Part shown: positions 25,683 to 38,827 of the stretch, one piece after another | Numbering within the stretch: the stretch's first letter is position 1 | How the letters are laid out: each line of letters starts with the position of its first letter | Assembly: GCF_009914755.1 (NCBI RefSeq) | Contig: NC_060929.1 | Source: the human T2T-CHM13v2.0 reference genome, Homo sapiens | DNA length: 64,000 bases | Strand: one strand, 5' to 3' | Notes under the pieces: generated by a model | What the model saw: the letters and a program-made list of their open reading frames with translations, nothing else | Told to the model about the DNA's origin: nothing | Database searches by the model: none | Position numbers and translations under genes: made by a program

Positions 25683-27199
25683 ATGATTCTTTCTGAGTTG
25701 AGATAAATGTGGCTTCTCCCTGCCATGGTTGTACTTTGGGGAAAATGTCCATGCTCATCTGGCTGCCTTGATCTTCTGTCTACAGAATCAAATAAGCCAC
25801 CACTGGGCCCATCTGTCCCTTTGTAGGGAAGGAGTGTGACTGTTCCACTTTGCCCCACTTGGGCCTTTCTCCTCTGATGAAGCTACAGCCTCTGGTCTGG
25901 AGGTCAGGACATGTGTCCAGTGTTTAGTTCATACTAGCATCAGGGTATTAAAGAACCACTTTTGTGTTAACATGGCTATCCAGGAGTCTCCCCAGATGGC
26001 ATCGTGTTAAAAGGCACACCTTGTGTTTGGGCCTGTTCATCTTTTTACATCCAGGTCATGAAGAGCTGTCTCTGCTGCTGGTAAGAAGGAGCTCTGCTGG
26101 CAGCGGAGCTCCTTCCAGAGCCTCGTGAAGCCAGCATCCCCTCAGGCCCTCCTGCGTGGGTGTGTGCAGACCTGGGAGGCTCCAGGGTGGGTGTCCTTTG
26201 AGTCCCCTTCCCTGGCTGTGCCTAACTCCTGTCCTGTGTTGCTGGCCCCACCCTGCTCTGGAGAGTCAAGTCCGTGCTCTCTTTTGTGAGAACATCTGGG
26301 TCTGTATTAGGCATATTCAATGCTTTTCTCTCCGAATTTAAAAAGGAAAAAAAAAACAAACAAACAGCAGATCTCGTAAGATTTAACCAGTACCAACGAA
26401 AAGCATGTTCCACTGACTTTCGGTTTTATTGAGTAAATAATTCACTCAAAGTTCCAGATACTTTTCTAATGGACTTAGTAGAAAGTCTCCCAGTTCCCAC
26501 CCTGCCTGCCTTCCCCTTGAAATGGGTCATCCGTGGTGTTGGCTTCCTGTGCAGGCAACCAGAATCTCCACACGGTGGCAAAGACACCCCTGCAAACACG
26601 CCTTTGACACAAAGCCTGCACGCTGTCTGCACTGTGCTCGGATTTATCTGCATCTTGGGTGTCATTCCTCAAGAGATGTTGGAGAATGTCTTCATTGTTT
26701 CTTTGTTGTTGTTGTTGTTGCCGTCGTTGTCCTGAGCTGTCAATTGCTCAATTGCTCACCTCTCCCCGGATTTAGTCAGAGCACTGAACATAACTGTCAC
26801 ACATCTCCATCATCTGCCCTGCATCTCCAGATGGTGGGTCTAAACCATTCAGTTCTCCTCTTCGCTCCTGGGTTCTGCTTATTTTCGGAAGATCACCTTT
26901 GTGTTTATGCCCTGAACCGATTCCTGATTATTTGGGGATAGGAACAGTGGGCCATTGTTTCACATATCTCTGGGCCTGCCCCAGGAACCCCCACTCTTTG
27001 GCACTGAAGGGTGACCCTGCTCTGCCCAACCTGAAGCCCCATCCTGAGAGAGAGAAGGGTGAGGATGCTGCTGGAGGTGTGTGGCTGGGCCAGGAGCTGC
27101 CCATGGGAAACCCTACAGTTTCCAGGCCTGCTGCTCAAACCATAAAAAAGACAGGTGACCAAAATGCTTCTGAAATGTGGTATTGGAGCCTAACAGAAG

Positions 27200-27487
27200 G
27201 CCCTGCCCCACCAGGACATTCGAAGCAGCCAGGCAGAAAGTGCCCAGTCCACTAGAGCCAGTGTAAGAGGGAGTCCCCTCTGCCTAAACCCAGGCCAGGA
27301 AAGTAACCGGAAGACAGCCGATGTACTGTCTGCATGCTGCTATTTCCTGGTTTTTGGCCGCGGCTGCCCTGTAAAAGCCCATTGTCCTGCCCTGCTCAGG
27401 GGGTCTTCCTCTATTTTGTAGGCAAGCTGCTGTTCCACTCATCACTAATAGAAGCCACTTAGATCTTTAAAACTCAAATCTTTGACA
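27200..27487 (+). mobile_element. Possible MER67/MER31-like ERV1 LTR 3' part
   Basis: Ends AATAGAAGCCACTTAGATCTTTAAAACTCAAATCTTTGACA, similar to the recalled MER67-type terminus; 5' boundary uncertain. Confidence 0.45.
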
Positions 27488-27603
27488 TTTTATATATTTT
27501 TTTAACAAAATGAATACAAGAAAGAACATATTTATGTACTATCCAGTTCAACGTTCCTGCAGCTCTGAGCAAAGCACCTACGCATTGAGAGAACATTCTA
27601 GAC

Positions 27604-27932
27604 CAGGGCTAGCACACATTGACCATAAAGAGCCAGGCGGCATTGTAGGCTGCTGGTCCTCTGGTCTATGTCACTGGGACTGCCCTCTGCCCTGTTACCC
27701 GGAGGCCACCAGCCACACGGAGGCAAGAGCACCCCGGACCGTGTGCCAGCTGAGCTTCAGAAACTCTGACGTTTGGACTCCACGTAGCTTTCACATGCCA
27801 CAAAACATGACTTGTGTTTTGATTTTCTTCTGAACCACCTGAAAACGCAAAACCATTCCTTGGAGCTTGGAGCTATACAAAAATAGGTTAGAGGCGACAT
27901 CTGGCCCCAGAACTGCTGTTTGCGCACCTTGG
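27604..27932 (+). mobile_element. MER58B-like hAT-Charlie MITE
   Basis: CAGGGCTAGCACAC...TTTCACATGCCACAAAA...TTTTGATTTTC...AAAACCATTCCTTG...CTATACAAAAATAGG...TGTTTGCGCACCTTG. Flanks TTCTAGAC / TTCTAGTG fit a degraded 8-bp hAT TSD. Confidence 0.8.
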
Positions 27933-29380
27933 TTCTAGTGTGGGCTCCACACTGTGAGTGAGGGTCCTGACAGAGGTTCAGGGTGTCGCCACCCCTACAC
28001 CCCACTCCTGCCATCTGCTTTCTGCCCTGCTGGCCACAGCAGGGAATCAGGAAAAAGATAAGGCCCTGGTCCTAGCCTCAGCAACCAAGCTGCCTCTTTG
28101 GCCCGTCTGGGGCCACCATAACTCTTGCTTTCCAACAGGCTCCTGGGGAAAATGGGTTCTAGGGTCCCCGGGCTGCCCCTTAGGGATGAATTGGGATTCC
28201 TGGCATCATGGCCTGGGGTCAGATTTGTCCCTCTTGGGACAAAATTGGGCTTTTGTAAGTGAAAAGAGGCCACCCAGGACTATTTATCGAATGAGTGAAT
28301 GAAAGGCAAATTCTCTCTCCCATCCAGTGGGTACTGGATGCCTGCAGCCCTGCCTGAGTTGCTCTTCTGAGCATTCCTTTAGTCTCAAGGCAAAATGAGC
28401 CCAAGCTGGAGGTGTCAGCAGACATCTCACCCGACATGAGCCGCTCTGCTCTTGCTTTCATGCTTGAGGTGAGGCAGGGCAGGGCCCTCCACTGGCCTGT
28501 CTCCCCGATATATGTACAGTGGCACCAGAGCACTGGTACGTTTCAGCATCAATCTCCAATATCACCCCAGTTTCAGCGATGCTGGAGATCCCATACCGGT
28601 TATCCATTCCTCTCTCCTGGCCACACTACCCTCAAAGCATCGTCTTGTACTGCACTCCCAGGTCCTGCCAGGGTGAATTCCCCGGAAATCCATGCCGACA
28701 AGACAAGCAGAAGCCATGGGCAGATGATGGGAGACGAGAAGAGACAGGAGGCTGCGAGGCAGAGGGCAGCATGCGCTGTAGGGAGGGAGCCAGGTGTGGA
28801 GGCAAAGGAAATGGGCGAAGGACGGGCATCTGCTGCCAGCCTGCATAGACAGTGGGGCTCCGGGTCCAGGAGGAGGCTGTGGCTGTGGCGGGTGCCTCCT
28901 GGCCCCCTGTTGAGCAGGGGGGTGCTGTCTGCAGGGCCTGCCTTAGTCCATGATTTGGATTCCGTTCTCCTCCGCGCAATGGAGAGGACCAGGTTCTTGG
29001 CCTCGCTGTGTCGTGGAAAGCCGACCTTCTGCCGGCTCCCGAGCTCCCAAGGTCCTGCCGACCAGCCGCCCTGCAGCCCATGCATGATGAGGCCGGCCGG
29101 CTGGCAGGGCTACTGCGTGTGTGTTCCAGGTGACAGTCAAGCAGGGGACCAGAAATAAACCTTTTCTGGAAGTAGTTTGATATTCGATAATTTTTGAAAA
29201 GCATGCTTGAGTAGTCCTGGAAACACAATGCAGTGGGGTGCTCTTCCCATTTTCTGGTTAGTTATTTTCATTGTCTGGGGAGGGTGGGGGACACCAGCAC
29301 CCTCCAGGGCTGAAGCCCTCCCAGGGGCTATCTGAGCACAGCTCCCAGAGGCCACCGAGGGCCTCTGCTGTGTGCAAGTG

Positions 29381-29978
29381 CAGGGCTCCCAAACCCCCAG
29401 GCCATGGGTCAGTACCCGACCATGGTCTGTAACAAACCAGGCCTCACAGCAGGAGGTGAGCTCCGCGGAGTGTGAGCATTACCACCTGAGCTCCGCAAAG
29501 AGTGAGCATTACCACCTGAGCTCCGCAAAGAGTGAGCATTACCACCTGACGCCGCAGAGAGTGAGCATTACTACCTGAGCTCTGCAGCGAGTGAGCATTG
29601 CTGCCTGAGCTCCACAGAGAGTGAGCATCACCACCTGACGCCGCAGAGAGTGAGCATTACTACCTGACGCCGCAGAGAGTGAGCATTCCCACCTGACACT
29701 GTAGAGAGTGAGCATCACTACCTGAGCTCTGCAGTGAGTGAGCATCACCACCTGACGCCGCAGAGAGTGAGCATTACTACCTGACGCCGCAGAGAGTGAG
29801 CATTACCACCTGACACTGCAGAGAGTGAGCATCACCACCTGACACTGCAGAGAGTGAGCATCACCACCTGACGCTGTAGAGAGTGAGCATCACTACCTGA
29901 GCTCTGCAGCGAGTGACCATAAGCACCTGAGCTCTGCCTCAGTTCAGATCAGCACAGTATTAGATTTTCATAGGAGCA
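29381..29978 (+). mobile_element. MER1B-like hAT-Charlie element (5' part) with internal VNTR
   Basis: CAGGGCTCCCAAACCCCCAGGCC...CACAGCAGGAGGTGAGC before the array; CAGATCAGCACAGTATTAGATTTTCATAGGAGC after it. Confidence 0.85.
29457..29936 (+). repeat. 29/30-bp minisatellite (CTCCGCAGAGAGTGAGCATTACCACCTGAG), 16 copies
   Basis: Units counted directly. Confidence 0.97.
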
Positions 29979-30294
29979 CTGGCAGATTCTGAGCCCCGGC
30001 AGGCTGTACATACTGCAAGCAGCTCACTAAGATTTCAATGGGCTTATAGGACACACGGAAGATAACTGGCACTGGCCACCTCCTCAGTCACAAGGACGGG
30101 CCCCTGTGAGAGCGATGTCATGTGCGCAGCCTGTCGGTCCAGCCAGGGAGTGTCCTCACACTTCCATGTGTCCATGTGAACTGGTGACCTCGGAAACAGA
30201 GTGATCCTCAGTGGAAGTGAATGCAGCTTCTGGAAGTAAGGGAAATATTTGTCCAGCAAAAAGTGGGCACTCCATGGGTAACTTCCCACTTTCT

Positions 30295-30706
30295 ATAAAA
30301 GTGCTGAGTCGTGCCCACCTCCCCACTTCATAGGTGGAAGTCCTGACACCCAGTCCTTCAGAATGTTACCTTATCTGGAGACAGCGCTTTCCAAGAGATA
30401 CTGAAGTTAAAATGAGGTTGTTAGGGTGGTGTCTCATCCCATCTGACTGATGTCCCCATAAACAGAGAGATCAGGACACAGAGCAGCACAGAGGGATCCA
30501 CTGTGAGGACACAGGGAAAAGTCACCATCTCCATGCCCTAGAGAGGCTCAGGACTTGCCAAAACCTGATCCCGGACTTCTGGCCTTGATAACTATGAGAG
30601 AGGAAGTTCTGCTTCTTAAGCCCCAGTGTATGGTGACAATACATTCCCATTGTTTAGGCCACCCAATATACGGTACTTGTTATGGCAAACTGAACAGACT
30701 AATACG
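30295..30706 (+). mobile_element. MLT1 (A/B-like) MaLR LTR
   Basis: GAAGTCCTGACACCCAGT...TCAGAATGTTACCTTATCTGGAGA...AAGTTAAAATGAGG...TGTGAGGACACAGGGAAAAG...GGTACTTGTTATGGCA...GACTAATAC. Confidence 0.85.
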
Positions 30707-31871
30707 AGGGTCAACTGTTTACCGTCAGAACAACATACTTTTATTCAAATCCACCTTCTCCTCATCCTGTGCCTTCGGTAAGGAGCTGGGTCACTGTGGG
30801 CGTCTGTGTGGTCGGTGGCTGAGACGTGATGTGGCACTGAGTCTGTGGACATCTCCCCGACACAAACAAGGCCCAGAAAACTTATAGGCACGTGGACAGC
30901 AGGGTCCACACTGAACATCAGAATCAATAATGAGGAATTTTAATTAGCTGGAATGTGGCCTATGGAATGTGTTTAACTGGCAGCAGTCATAGCTTTGTTT
31001 TTGCTCCTTTTCCTCTCTGTCCTACCTCCAACTGCTGAGAGGCTGGCAACTGCTCTCAGGGTGCCCTTTGCTCTTCCCCATCAGGCCCACTTCCAAAGGT
31101 TTATTTGCCTGTTTTGACACAGGAAATACAAGTGTGCATTTCCATGTTGCTTCTGCTTTTAAACAAATTACAACCCTGATAGAAGATTTGCATGAAACAG
31201 AAATACTGTGAAATAAGACTCATCATCCAGGGAATGGAATGCGAGGGCTGGGGCCAGGGGTTGGCCACAGCAAGGATGCCCCTTCCCACTCCTGTGATGA
31301 ACTCTACATCACGAAATGCAAGGCAAAGATCCCACATGCAGCTTCCTGCAGGAGCCTGGGCATCATTTTTGTGTCTGAAACACTGGACTGACAGGCATGT
31401 GCTCCCAAAGCTGCACCGGTGGCCCCTCCCACAGGTCTGCAGTCACCTTGTCCTCGTACTGCACCTGCAGCTGGGTGGGGTCCAGCCTGTCCCCACCTGC
31501 CCCCACTTGCCCACAGGTGTACGAGGAATTCCCTTCACAGTCAACCATGAGGACACGCTAGGCCTCCTTTCAAGTTCTTTAGTCAGGGTCAGTGTCAAAC
31601 ATGGTGAAGAAGGTTTACAGCCTGCAAGTTCTGTGCCCACTTCCAGAGTGTGTTCCTAGAAAGAAGTTACAGGATTAAAGTCTCAGGGTGGGGCCAGCAG
31701 AGGCCAGGGATGAGGTTGGCAGGAGAGTGGGAAGATGCACAGGGTGAGTGTCTTGCAGCGAGACCAGAGTCGAGGCACCTGAGGGTATGCAGTGGGGGCA
31801 AGACCCCATCATCTTTCTGCAGAGACAGGTCAGCCAGGGACCTGTGGATGGTACCATGTGTTTGGTGTAGC

Positions 31872-32830
31872 TACAGGTCAAGACTGGCTAGTGAGTGTGA
31901 TCCCCACCTATAGGTCAAGGCTGGAGAGAGGGATCACCATCTATAGATCAAGGTTGGACAGTGGGATTCCCCACCTGGAATTCAAGGCTGGAGAGTGTGA
32001 TCCCCACCTGGAGATCAAGGCTGGAGAGTGGGATTTCCATCTATAGATCAAGGCTGAAGAGTGGGATCACCACCTAAAGGTCAAGGCTGGAGAGTGGAAT
32101 CACCACCTAAAGGTCAAGGTTGGACAGTGGGATCCCCACCTGGAATTCAAGGCTGGAGAGTGGGATCCCCTCCTGGAGATCAAGGCTGGAGAGTGGGATT
32201 TCCATCTATAGATCAAGGCTGAAGAGTGGGATCACCACCTAAAGGTCAAGGCTGGAGAGTGGAATCACCACCTAAAGGTCAAGGTTGGACAGTGGGATCC
32301 CCACCTAAAGGTCAAGGCTGGAGAGTGGAATCACCACCTAAAGTTCAAGGTTGGACAGTGGGATCCCCACCTGGAATTCAAGGCTGGAGAGTGGGATCCC
32401 CACCTGGAGATCAAGGCTGGAGAATGGGATTTCCATCTATAGATCAAGGCTGAAGAGTGGGATCACCACCTAAAGGTCAAGGCTGGAGAGTGGGATCCCC
32501 ACCTGGAGGTCAAGGCTGGAGAGTGGGATCCCCACCTGGATGTCAAGGCTGGAGAGTGGGATCCCCACCTGGAGGTCAAGGCTGGAGAGTGGGATCCCCA
32601 CCTGGAGGTCAAGGCTGGAGAGTGGGATCCCCACCTGGATGTCAAGGCTGGAGAGTGGGATCCCCACCTGGAGGTCAAGGCTGGAGAGTGGGATCCCCAC
32701 CTGGAGGTCAAGGCTGGAGAGTGGGATCCCCACCTGGATGTCAAGGCTGGAGAGTGGGATCCCCACCTGGATGTCAAGGCTGGAGAGTGGGATCCCCACC
32801 TGGATGTCAAGGCTGGAGAATGCGATCCCC
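31872..32830 (+). repeat. 33-bp minisatellite (TCAAGGCTGGAGAGTGGGATCCCCACCTGGAGG), ~29 copies
   Basis: Units read directly; heterogeneous 5' half and near-identical 3' half. Confidence 0.98.
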
Positions 32831-35800
32831 ATATACAGTTTTTTCCACCTGTGACCTTGAAATGCAGCTACTCCACAGCAACCTCAGAGTCAGGATGAAC
32901 CAACGTTCGGAGTCTGGGAGCTTCTTAGAGGAAGCTGTGCTGACTTCAATCAACAACATTATCCTGGCAGGTCTGGGTCCTCAGAGACCTGATGCGCCCT
33001 GCTCTGCCTTCTGGGCTGTGTCCTCTTCATTCCCCCATCCCATGTTCTTCCCTGTGGATCCCTGACCTCTGAGGTTTCTCTGATCTTTTATTCAAATTCC
33101 CAGGGAGTAGAGGGTGGTATCAGGGAAAAGAGCAGCATGCAGTCTGCCTGCAGCCAAGGCCCCCTGGGCAACATGTTCTGTGTGGAGAAACAGAAGGCCA
33201 GTCTGTGACCACACTGACGCAGGCTGATAGGGGACTGCTGCTTGACAGTCAGTGGTTGTCACAGGTTACCGTGCACTTTGAAACAGTAGCTAAATTCCAC
33301 TGTGTAAAGCCTATGAATTCGGTTTAGCCAATTAGCTCTTTCTATTGACTTTGTGAGTAAGGTTGATGCTTGCACCCGTTCACCTTTCCTAGGTTATCAA
33401 TCATGACTACAGCTGGTACAGATGAGGCAATAACTTCCCAACCTTAATGAGGCTTTGAATTAATTACAAGTCAGGTCCTACACCACGTAACTCGACATGC
33501 AAAACCTCTCAAATTCAATATATCAGCACGTATGTAATATTTCAACACTGGTTATTTGAACCTCACTGAATACACTTTTATTTATTCATCTGTTTTATTA
33601 GTTGAATGCTTAGGAAGAATAGTAATAAAGACATTCAATGTACTAGCTATTTACAAGGTATCAATTGTTGTTTAGGAGCCTTTTTCTAAATCATTAAATG
33701 AAATGGAATCTGTGCTCCCCACTAAGTGGATGGGAGACTTGCAGGAAAGGCCCCTGGCATTTACTGTGCACAGCCAGGCATAGCCATCCTCCGGCCGTGG
33801 GCTGTGAGCTGCCTCTGTCACCCCACTGCGGGAACCATTTCAGTGTCCCTACTGTGATTTGCTGAGAGGCAAGATGATTTTCAGAGTATAACATCACTCT
33901 ACCATGCATCGTGTATTATTTATGAGAAAAAATACACTGTCAGAGTGAAGAAACAGTGCTTTTTGTTTTGGGCAACACATTGCTTTTATCATACACATAA
34001 TGTCTTGGTTCCTCCCCTAGTCCGTCCAAGGACTGACTTTTCAGATATGCCGACCATGGCTGCACACCTCTTGTTGGGAAGCGTGTAGACCACGGCCATC
34101 GTGCACACTGCCACAACCTTCGCGGCCCACAGTAAGCCTGTTGTGCTCAATCTTCAACTGAGCTCTCTGCTCAGCCCAGAACTTAAGCAGAGACTTTTGA
34201 ATCCTCATGCTGCTGTGGTTCCAAATCCATTAGAAGCTGACGTTCTGCAGTTGAAAATGAATATTCCCTCTCGATGCTGAGCGAAATGCTTGCTATATAC
34301 TGGGTGCTTAGGTGGAAAGATGTATTATGCCGAGGAGCGAGACGAAGCTGTGGTTAAACAGATTGAAAGTCTGTGAAGCCGGCAAAGCTCTCAAGAAATA
34401 AATTGCAGTTTCATTGTGAAGGTAAATTTTCTTTTCATTCTTGATTTACTCTAAACACAGATTGTGAGTCGAATGGAAACAGAAGAGAGACCCATCTCAA
34501 AAGCAACATGGGGACGGGGGTATACACTCCAGAAAGCGATTAAGCAGCTCCTTTGTTAAAAAAAAAAAAAAAAAAAAGGCTTGCAGTAGCTTTTCCGAAA
34601 AATACTAAAGTAGCACATCCTCCATGTCAGTTTCATGACTCATAATGTGAGTAATTGCTTCAAAATTATAATTCTCAGCTTTGTAAGTCTTATTTGCATT
34701 GCAAATCCGAAATATTCATTAAATAATAAACGTGTGAGTAAGAGCAATGCTGCTGGAGCTTTCCAGGGTCACGGTTCTGAGGCCATGTTTGGAGACCCCT
34801 TCTCAACTTCACAGACACCTTGGGATAAACACGTATGGACCACAAACTTGTGTTTTCTCTTTTAATTCCAGTAAACTCAGGACGGCTTTATAGTCTCCTG
34901 CTTTATTAGTGGGAGGCTAGCAAAAATATGGCTTTAGGTAACATGATGGAGAAATATTTTTTTAAATTTTTTATGTTAATTAGTGCCTCACCTCCTCCAT
35001 TCCAGAACAGGTTAGATTATTAACTAAAAAGGAAAGCCTTTTAATAATTGAAAGTATAAACTGAATCTGCAGTTTGAATTTAAAATGTGATATTATAAGT
35101 TGATTAGAATGAGAATACTAAAATACTAGGTATTTGGGGAAGATTTTTGTGATTGAATGAGTACATTTGAAATATTTTAATTTTCAGGCAGTTTTGGAAA
35201 CTTAAGCTTTATTTGAATTTAAAAAATAGGCTTTTGAAAACTATGACATTATTTTAGAAAAAATAAATAACACTTTAACAGCATGCTGGTGAGTTAACTG
35301 CTCCTACAATTTGCCTTTTAGGAAATAAAAATGAGGACCACAGCCTGGGCTGTGTTTCCTGGGGGATTGCAGTATTCTAGAGCAGCACCTGGGAGAAAGC
35401 CCCAGGGCCCCGGCAGTTGTCAAGATGTCTTTGGGTCTGGGCCATCAGGGGTAGGCTGCAGCGGCACATTGGAGGAGCTCCGGATCCTGCAGTTTGGGGA
35501 GCAATCCCACTGAGTCCCAAGAAGGTGCCATGTCCTGGTGGCTGAAGATGGCAAGCCCTGGGATTGAACCTTTGACCTGGGGCATGGTGGAGTGGAGTGG
35601 TGGGCAGGAGGTGTAGAAAACATTCTTGGCATTGCAGACCACTCACCTTAACAACACACTGCTACTGCTTGTCCTCAAGTCTGAGGCTTAGCCCCTCTGC
35701 CTCAGGAAGAGCCTTTGTAGTACTGGACAAAGAAACCTTTGGGACCCTGGATCCGTCACAGGCAGACCCATTCCCCTGGCCAACAGTCCATGGAGGTAGC

Positions 35801-36579
35801 AAGAATGCATGTCTCGGAGCCTCATGAGGATGCGACTCTGCTCCCAGACACCTGATCTTGCCCATACAGCACCTGTGCAGGGGGTGCAGGTGGCAGCAAG
35901 ACCGGCCACATTGTCCTGTTCACATCCCAATGGCACCTGCCCAGTCCATCACACAGTGGGTGTAGGTCTATTACATAAAGTGCAAGGAAACCTCTAGAGA
36001 TGCGCAGGTCCATACCAGTGTGGTGAATTTTTATTCCATCGGTGGATTGCATAAAGTTTAACATAAATCTAGATACAGTATCTACATAATGCATAGTAAT
36101 GTAATATAGTCAGTATCCACTTAATGCATCCAAATGCATAGGACCATGACAGTCAGAGACAGAAAAGTGAAAGTGAATTTTCCCAATAAACTGTCAGTTT
36201 ATCTCATTGATCATTTCTCTAAAATACCATGAATTTGGTCCTGAATTTCTCATGTCTACAGCCCTACTGTCTATTACTAGGGGCTACAGCCACAATTCTC
36301 TTCCCATTTATTTCCAAAATTTCATAGAATCTGCAGCAAAGGAGGAGCCACACTCTGTCCTGCCTAATATTTTGCGCAGGTGAGACCCAGGGAACTCCAG
36401 GCCTGCATTATGGACCATTCAAGTAGCTTGCTAGTTCCACATGCTTGACATACACACACACAATGCGTCATGTTGTCATACATGTTACATACACGCATAC
36501 TTATATGCAAATATCTGCAGAAGTATCTGTACCAAATCTTTGCTGTACCTATATGGATAGACATGTATGTATACCTTTT

Positions 36580-37690
36580 TTTTTAATAGGTAGTTTCGTT
36601 TAGAAACCAAAAAGTTAAAAAAAGATGCCCGATGAAGAATCTCCCGGTCCACTTTGCTTCATCCTTCATCCACCCAGGAAATGTTCATTTCTTCTGTTGT
36701 TTCCAAACATCTTTTACACAAATATAAGCAAATACAAATATTTTCCTCCCACTGCCTTTCCATTTTGTGAATAGAAGCTCACTGCACAATGTCTTGCCTC
36801 TTGCCTCTGTTACTATCAGCATGTCTGAGAGCTCTTTCCACATCGGTACAGAAACAGCCTTCTTGTTCATTTGTCCATCCACGTAGTATTCCTCTATATA
36901 GCCTTAATAAAATCATTTTTAACCCAGTCATTGTTGATGGACACTTGGGTAATGGTAATCTAATATACAATTTCTAATATCAGAAAAAATGCTAGAAACA
37001 ATTTTTTTAAGTATCAGAAACAAAAAAACTATATTTTTAATATTAAAATGAATGATGACATTTTCCATATGCATGATTTCTATTATTTAAATAAAATTGT
37101 TCGACCAAATGCACATGCATTTATAATTTCAATGGACATTGCCAAGTTGCCCACAAGAGAAGTCCTCACTTGCAACTGACAAGTTGCACTCATGTCAGTC
37201 TTACCTGGGGGTGTTAGAATGCCTTCCTGCAGGTTAGCCTGCACAGTGCTTTCCGGAGTTCAGAGCTCGTCCATCCACAGGTGACAATGATATCACTGAG
37301 GTGGCACTGCCATTCCTTCTTTATGTGAAAAATCAGTGAGCCTACGGTCTTGCCATATTTCTAAGAGATGTTCGTATTGACTTTTCTGGGAATTCTCTGT
37401 TCATCTTCTTTGTCCAATTATTATTGCCTGCTGACCTTTTCTAAATAAATGGGTGGGGATTCTTTACTTCTCAGGAAAATAAGCTGTTTGTCAGTAATCT
37501 CAGTGGAATGCATTTTTTTCCTTCTGATATTTTTTCCATGAAGAAGTTTTTTTAATTTTACATATCACATTTATTAATTTCTTAATTGACTTTTGGATAT
37601 AAGTTGGAATTGGAAAGGATTGTTTTCTCATGTTTTCTTCTCCTAGTTTTATAATTATTAATAATCAACTTTCCACTCACCTAGATTTTA
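36580..37690 (-). mobile_element. Old L1ME-like fragments (antisense)
   Basis: T-rich; GTAGTATTCC...TTGATGGACACTTGGGT, ATTGCCAAGTTGCCC, TCTCTGTTCATCTTCTTTGTCCA. Confidence 0.6.
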
Positions 37691-37758
37691 CCCTTTTTAC
37701 GTGGCTGCTTGCAGAGCTCTCGCCACGGGGCCGGCCGCCCGATTCTCCCTCATGCCTT

Positions 37759-37909
37759 GCTGGTGTGGGAGGCCCTCTCTGTCTTATTCGCTGGTGTGGG
37801 AGGCCCTCGCTGTCTTTTTCGCTGTTGTGGGAGGCCCTCTCTGTCTTATTGACTGGTGTTGATGCCCTCTCTGTCTTATTCGCTGGTGTGGGAGGCCCTC
37901 TCTGTCTTA
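37759..37909 (+). repeat. 31-bp minisatellite (GCTGGTGTGGGAGGCCCTCTCTGTCTTATTC), ~5 copies
   Basis: Units read directly. Confidence 0.92.
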
Positions 37910-38469
37910 GGCTAAGCCTCCTTTTGATGGGTCCTGCTGCTGGACTTCCACTGTTTCTCTGGACACTGTGCCGAGGCTCTGTGATGCACGTGCTATCCGG
38001 TGGGTCCAGTCCTCCTCATCGCCTCCTTGTTTTTCAGACTTCTCATCCATTTACATCTGACAGTTATGCTATGTTTTCCAATGGCTACATTTTTTTCTGT
38101 GGATTTTGTGGTACATGCTGTTCTTCTCTCTTCTCATCACCCCAGGTTTACAAATTGTGTCCCCAGAAGGTGACCACCCTCTTGGGAACCCAGGAAGACT
38201 CTGATCCCAGTGAGTGTGGAGCTCTGTGTGCGCAGACACAGATCAGAGGCTGTGAGACTCGGAGCACTCTGCCTCCACCAAGCCTGTGAGGGCCACGCTG
38301 TTCACACGGGCACATAGGGGCCCAGAGCCTTCAGAGTTTGGATCCGGGTGTGTGGCCAGCACCTGTCAGGAAAGCGAACTGCCCCATGACAGTCTGCTCC
38401 TGAGCTGCCCTGAGTCCTCAGCCCCCACAGCTCTCAGGCTTTTATATCCCCTCCCAGTGTGCGGGCATG

Positions 38470-38827
38470 CAAGTACATGTGTGTGCACACACATGCATGC
38501 AATACACACAACACACAATCCACACACTGTCTACACAGAACATACATACCAGACATGCAACACACTCCATACATACCACGCATACTTCACAAACAACCAC
38601 AACAGTGCACACACAAAATACTCCACAATACCACACCACATCGTACACACACCTCTACACACAATACATTTATCACACAGGCCACATACCTAGCATACAC
38701 CACTTACACAACATATGTAAGTTATACCACCCATACCACTAACACATCACACAGATGCACACATCATACAGCTCACAACATAGCACACACCATGCACTCA
38801 TTACAGAGCACACAGCACTACACACAG
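38470..38827 (+). repeat. CA-rich low-complexity repeat
   Basis: CACAC/CATAC/ACCAC motifs. Confidence 0.88.

Noticed and set aside
28412-29228. 248-aa ORF and overlapping antisense ORFs
   Set aside because: GC-rich sequence open in several frames on both strands, non-ATG start, no domain-like features.
29457-32830. CRISPR-like arrays (repeats of ~30-33 bp with hairpins)
   Set aside because: Units are head-to-tail with no unique spacers, there are no cas genes, and the DNA is primate.
32226-33065. Repetitive ORFs (GSPPGGQGWRV)n
   Set aside because: The 33-bp unit is a multiple of 3, so frames stay open on both strands; no promoter or splice context.
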